From the human T2T-CHM13v2.0 reference genome, Homo sapiens, in the NCBI RefSeq assembly GCF_009914755.1, contig NC_060925.1: 64,000 nucleotides of DNA, one strand, 5' to 3'. The notes under the pieces are model-generated. The model did no database searches. It saw only the letters and a program-made list of their open reading frames with translations, and was not told the DNA's origin. Made by a program: the position numbers and the translations under genes. Every line of letters begins with the position of its first letter. The first letter of the stretch is position 1. Shown here piece after piece: positions 58,015 to 64,000 of this stretch.

Positions 58015-59110
58015 AGCTGCTGTGGAGGCAGGAGTATGGGGCTTGGAGTTAGAAAACTTAGGTTCAAATCCTAGCCCTGCCACTTCCTAGCTTGGCCACC
58101 TTGGGCAGGTGAAACTCTGAATTTTTCTCATCGGTACAATGGGGATAATATGCCTCCTTCCGGATTGTTGTGAGGATTGGATGAAATAATAGAGGAATGC
58201 TATTGTGGGTGGGAGAACGCATTGTAAAAAACTCTGTTCAGATGTAAGACAGGAATCACAAGGAGAAGGGTCCTCTCTCAAAATGCTCACAGTGTAGAAA
58301 GGGATTAAGTGGAACACTGGAAATGCCTGTAAAAAGGTGTAGCCCTATGAAGGATCTAGTCTGATTTTTGGTGTAGGGAAGACATGAACATTACTAAAAC
58401 CCCAGATCGAGCTGTGGCTCGTGCCAGAGTGCAATGCTGTAGTCTGAAGAGAAGTGCTCTGGGATGGGGTGGGATGGGGTGGGGGCTCTTGGAGGAGGTG
58501 CTGTTAGAGCCAGCCCTGTGATTCAAAATCTTCTGTGTGCATAAAAATAATCCGAGGTCCCATCTTAGACCTACTGAATTAGAATCTTGCGGATGGGGGT
58601 TCCAGGAATCTACATCCTTACAAGCTCCCAAGAATATTCTGATGCAGGTGTCCCAGGAAACAGGTTTTAAGATACTGAGCCAGGGCTTTGAAGGATAAGG
58701 AAGAGTTCCTTTCCTGGATTTTATTGACTTGAAGCTTGCCATCTCCAAGCCTTTCCTCTGAGGAAGAGAGCACAGCAAAGTACTGTGAGCTAGATTTGGA
58801 CAAACCTGGCTTTATGTCCTAGCTCTGCCATTTTCCAGCCATTTGATTTCGGACAAGTCACCAGGCCTCTCTGTGTCTTCACTTTCTTACTCTTAAAATG
58901 GAAGGAATACTAGTTATCTGTTTCAAGATTGTTGTGAGGGTCAAGTGAGATATTATCCACTTGAAGCATTTAGTACAATGCTTGGCACATGGAAGCATTT
59001 GATAAATATTATCGGGGGTTATTGTGATTAAATGAGAAATATCACACATAAAACCCTCAGACTAGGGTCTGGCTTATAGTATGTGCTCACTAAATGTCTG
59101 TACTTGTTTT
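58015..59110. mobile_element. MIR / MER5 fragments in the MECR-PTPRU intergenic region
   Basis: MIR cores at ~58040-58190 and ~58800-59010; MER5-like at ~58515-58680. Confidence 0.6.
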
Positions 59111-59915
59111 TATTATTAGAGAAAGTTGGTGTCCCATGGTGGGGGAAAGGCTTGGCCCCACATTTATGTGCCAGCACACACACGATGACCAGTCCTGCTT
59201 ACCCTTTTCCCCAGTGACACATAGGCTTACTTGAACTGGGAAGTACAACGTAACCTTCTGTTGTAAGACTCCCTAGGTGACATTGAGATGTCGACATTCT
59301 CTTCTTCACCAAATTGGCTCCTCTGAATTTCTGGGGAGCCCAGTCAGGAAGCCTGAAGAATCATCCAGCAAGTCCTCCTCCTTGGGGCTGGACTTTAGCC
59401 TCCTGTGCATCCCAATAGCCCTCACTTTTAGTCTAGGCCATCTGGGTTCTTGCAGGGGCATAGTTTGAGAACTACTGACTGAGGGGTTCAAGTCCAATTT
59501 CCTGGACTTGCATTCAAGATTCTTTGCACTCTGACTCCCACACTGCATTTCCAGCTTCATCTTCTCCTGTTGGACCGTGCATAGCCTGTGATCCAGCTGC
59601 ATCTGATACCCGTCTTCCCCAGTGTGTCTTGTGCCTTTATTCAGGCCACTCCTTCTGCCTGAAATGCTGTTCCCTGCCTCGGAAACTCCAGGTTCAGATG
59701 TCATTTCTTTGATGTTTCAAAACTCCCTAGGTCATCTGCTGCTGCCTTTGTGTTTTCCCTGGAGCTGTGTTATGGCCTTTAGTACATCGTCTCTTATTTA
59801 TTCCCCTCCAGGCAAGACTGGAGCCATGTTTGGTTTATCTCCATAACACCAGCACCCGATATGAGCCTGGCACAGGGTAGGTGTCATAAATATTCCATGA
59901 GTTGCAGGTAATTGA

Positions 59916-62113
<2,198 letters not shown>

Positions 62114-63130
62114 TCATCATATAGCCCGCACTCTATTTGAAATTGCAACAATTCCCCTTCCCTTCCCTGTCCCCCCACCACCCCCAAATTTCCTGGTGTA
62201 TGAGACAGTGATAAAGGACGTACACCAGAGGGTTTGCTTTTTTGTTTTTGTTTTTTTGGTTGTTTACTGTTCTTGTCTTCCCACTGGAATGTAAGGTCCA
62301 TGAGAGTAGGGAATTTTTGTCTGTTTTATATCTCTACCCTGGCCTATAGTAATTGTTGAATAAATGAATAGACCCCAATAAATATTTGTTGAATGAATAG
62401 GTGTCCAGATGGGAGGAAGGTCTCAGCCCCTATTCAATTCAAACCAAACAACTTTGATTCAAATCTCGGTGCTGTCAAATACTGTTGCATAACAGTATTT
62501 ATGCAGTATAATTATTGCATACCTAATATATGATGATTAAATGAGTCCATGTGGGTTAAACACATAGAAGGTACCTGGTCTTACATAGTAATGAGCAACG
62601 AGTTTGCAGATCATAGTGCGAGGGCTCGTTCTGGGTAGAGGCCCAAATACATTTAACCTGTGTAGCCAGAAGGTAGAGTAGGACCAGTGAGGGCTAGTGA
62701 GGGAGGTAGACTTGCACGTCATGAAATGAAAAACTTTCTAAAAGCCGGCGTTTCCAAAGCCCCAACAACCGCTCTTGGCCAGGTGATGAGCGCCCTGTTC
62801 CTGGAGGTATGTAGAACACGCATTTGAAGGCGCCAAGGTACAAGGGATTCAGGCATCGGATGGGACAGAGGCCGGGTGTCCCTGGGTCACCGTCCCTGAG
62901 AGCGCTGTACGGGAGCTAGGCGTGGGCCATGAGCGTGCTCGCCTGGCAGTGTTGGTGCCCGGTCCGTGGAGACGTCCGTGGGCGTCCAGACCCAGCCGCG
63001 GGGCCTCATGGCGGGGAGGATGCGGGAGCGGGGGAGGGGCGCGCCAGGGCTAGCGGGCGGCCGGACCCGCTGCAGCACCCGCCGTGGCCAGCAGGGAGCG
63101 CCGCGAGACCGCCGAACCCGCGGCCGGGCC

Positions 63131-63138
63131 TGACGTCA
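63131..63138. promoter_or_regulatory. Full palindromic CRE (TGACGTCA) in PTPRU promoter
   Basis: Exact 8-mer ~170 bp upstream of the PTPRU ATG. Confidence 0.7.
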
Positions 63139-63301
63139 GCGCCCCGCTTGCTCCGGCTCCCGCTCTGGACTCGGCGCCAGTCCCGCTCCGCGCCGCGCCG
63201 CTCCGCTCCGGCTCGGGCTCCGGCTCGCCTCGGGCTGGGCTCGGGCTCCGGGGGCGGCGTCCCCCGCGCCGGGCCCCGGGACGGGCGGCGACGCTCCAAC
63301 C

Positions 63302-63374
63302 ATGGCCCGTGCCCAGGCGCTCGTGCTGGCACTCACCTTCCAGCTCTGCGCGCCGGAGACCGAGACTCCGGCAG
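63302..63374 (+). CDS. PTPRU: PTPRU (receptor-type tyrosine phosphatase U) coding exon 1, signal peptide [24 protein letters not shown]
   Basis: Kozak ACCATGG, hydrophobic signal peptide, 73-nt phase-1 exon ending CAG|GTAAGC; N-terminus recognised as PTPRU. Confidence 0.93.
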
Positions 63375-63439
63375 GTAAGCGCGCGGCGGCCGGACCGAGC
63401 CTGCCCCGCCGAGCCTCGGGGCCCGTGGCGTAGCTCGGA

Positions 63440-64000
63440 AGAAAGTGTGAGTGTTGAGTGACCGGGCGTTACGAGCGTGCTCCCTGTGTGTGTCTGAGCG
63501 TAGGATGGGCGATTGTGTGCCCGGGGTGTTGCGTGACTGCGAATGTTGTGTGTCCGTGAGTTCTGTGCGCAAGAAAAGGTGATGTGTGTCGGCGAGTATG
63601 TTGGGGGTGAATGTTGTGTGCATCGAGGCATTGGGTGTGCGCTGAGTGTCTTGTGGGTCTGCCAGTGTGTAGTGTTTGTGTGGCCAAGTGGGTTGTGTGT
63701 GCATCTGAGTTTGGTTGTGTTGCGGGAGTTGTATCTGCTAATGTGTTGCATTTGTTTGCATTTTGTATGCCTGGCCGGGAGTGCTGTTTGTTTTGTGTCT
63801 GCGAGTGGGTTGTGTGTTTGTGTTATGCCTGTGGCCAAGGGTGCTCTCTGGATCCCGCCTGAGTGTGGATCCGGGAACGCGTGTGTGGCGTGTGTGCTTT
63901 TGAGATCCGTGTACATGTGTGAAGGCGTGGGAACGGGTCCGGAACGTGTGTGTCCGTGCGCTGTGTACGTGTGGGGAGTGTCTAGGGTATGTGGTGTGTG
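63440..64000 (+). repeat. Degenerate (TG)n/GT-rich low-complexity tract at start of PTPRU intron 1
   Basis: ~550 nt dominated by tgtg/gtgt units; its antisense gives the spurious His/Thr-rich ORF. Confidence 0.85.

Larger units (their letters stand above)
62850..63600. promoter_or_regulatory. PTPRU: CpG island / PTPRU promoter and 5' UTR
   Basis: Very high GC/CpG; GCTCCG/GCTCGG-type low-complexity repeats at ~63185-63250. Confidence 0.9.

Noticed and set aside
63050-63916. 288-aa His/Thr-rich minus-strand ORF
   Set aside because: Reverse complement of the TG-rich low-complexity tract plus the CpG island; compositional artefact.

Overview
Human (primate) genomic DNA, recognisable as the SRSF4-MECR-PTPRU locus (chr1p35, from recall). 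The minus strand carries SRSF4 coding exon 1 (8302-8408) with its CpG-island promoter and the first ~8.3 kb of intron 1. It also carries the complete 10-exon MECR gene (mitochondrial trans-2-enoyl-CoA/ACP reductase; ATG 57563, TGA 20678-20680; 1122 nt, 373 aa; all introns GT-AG, phases consistent). The plus strand carries PTPRU coding exon 1 (63302-63374, signal peptide) with its own CpG island, divergent from MECR. The rest is very Alu-dense, with MIR/L2/L1 fragments and hAT-type MER DNA transposon fossils, and nearly all ORFs in the track are Alu or GC-rich artefacts. No novel multi-gene system is evident. The best leads are candidate alternative exons in MECR intron 1 (a MIR-derived 84/88-nt exon with tandem donors, and a 204-nt stop exon), an old ~210-bp intragenic duplication abutting MECR exon 6, candidate MECR->SRSF4 read-through exons, and a candidate SRSF4 poison exon. 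All of these are sequence-level hypotheses that need RNA-seq.
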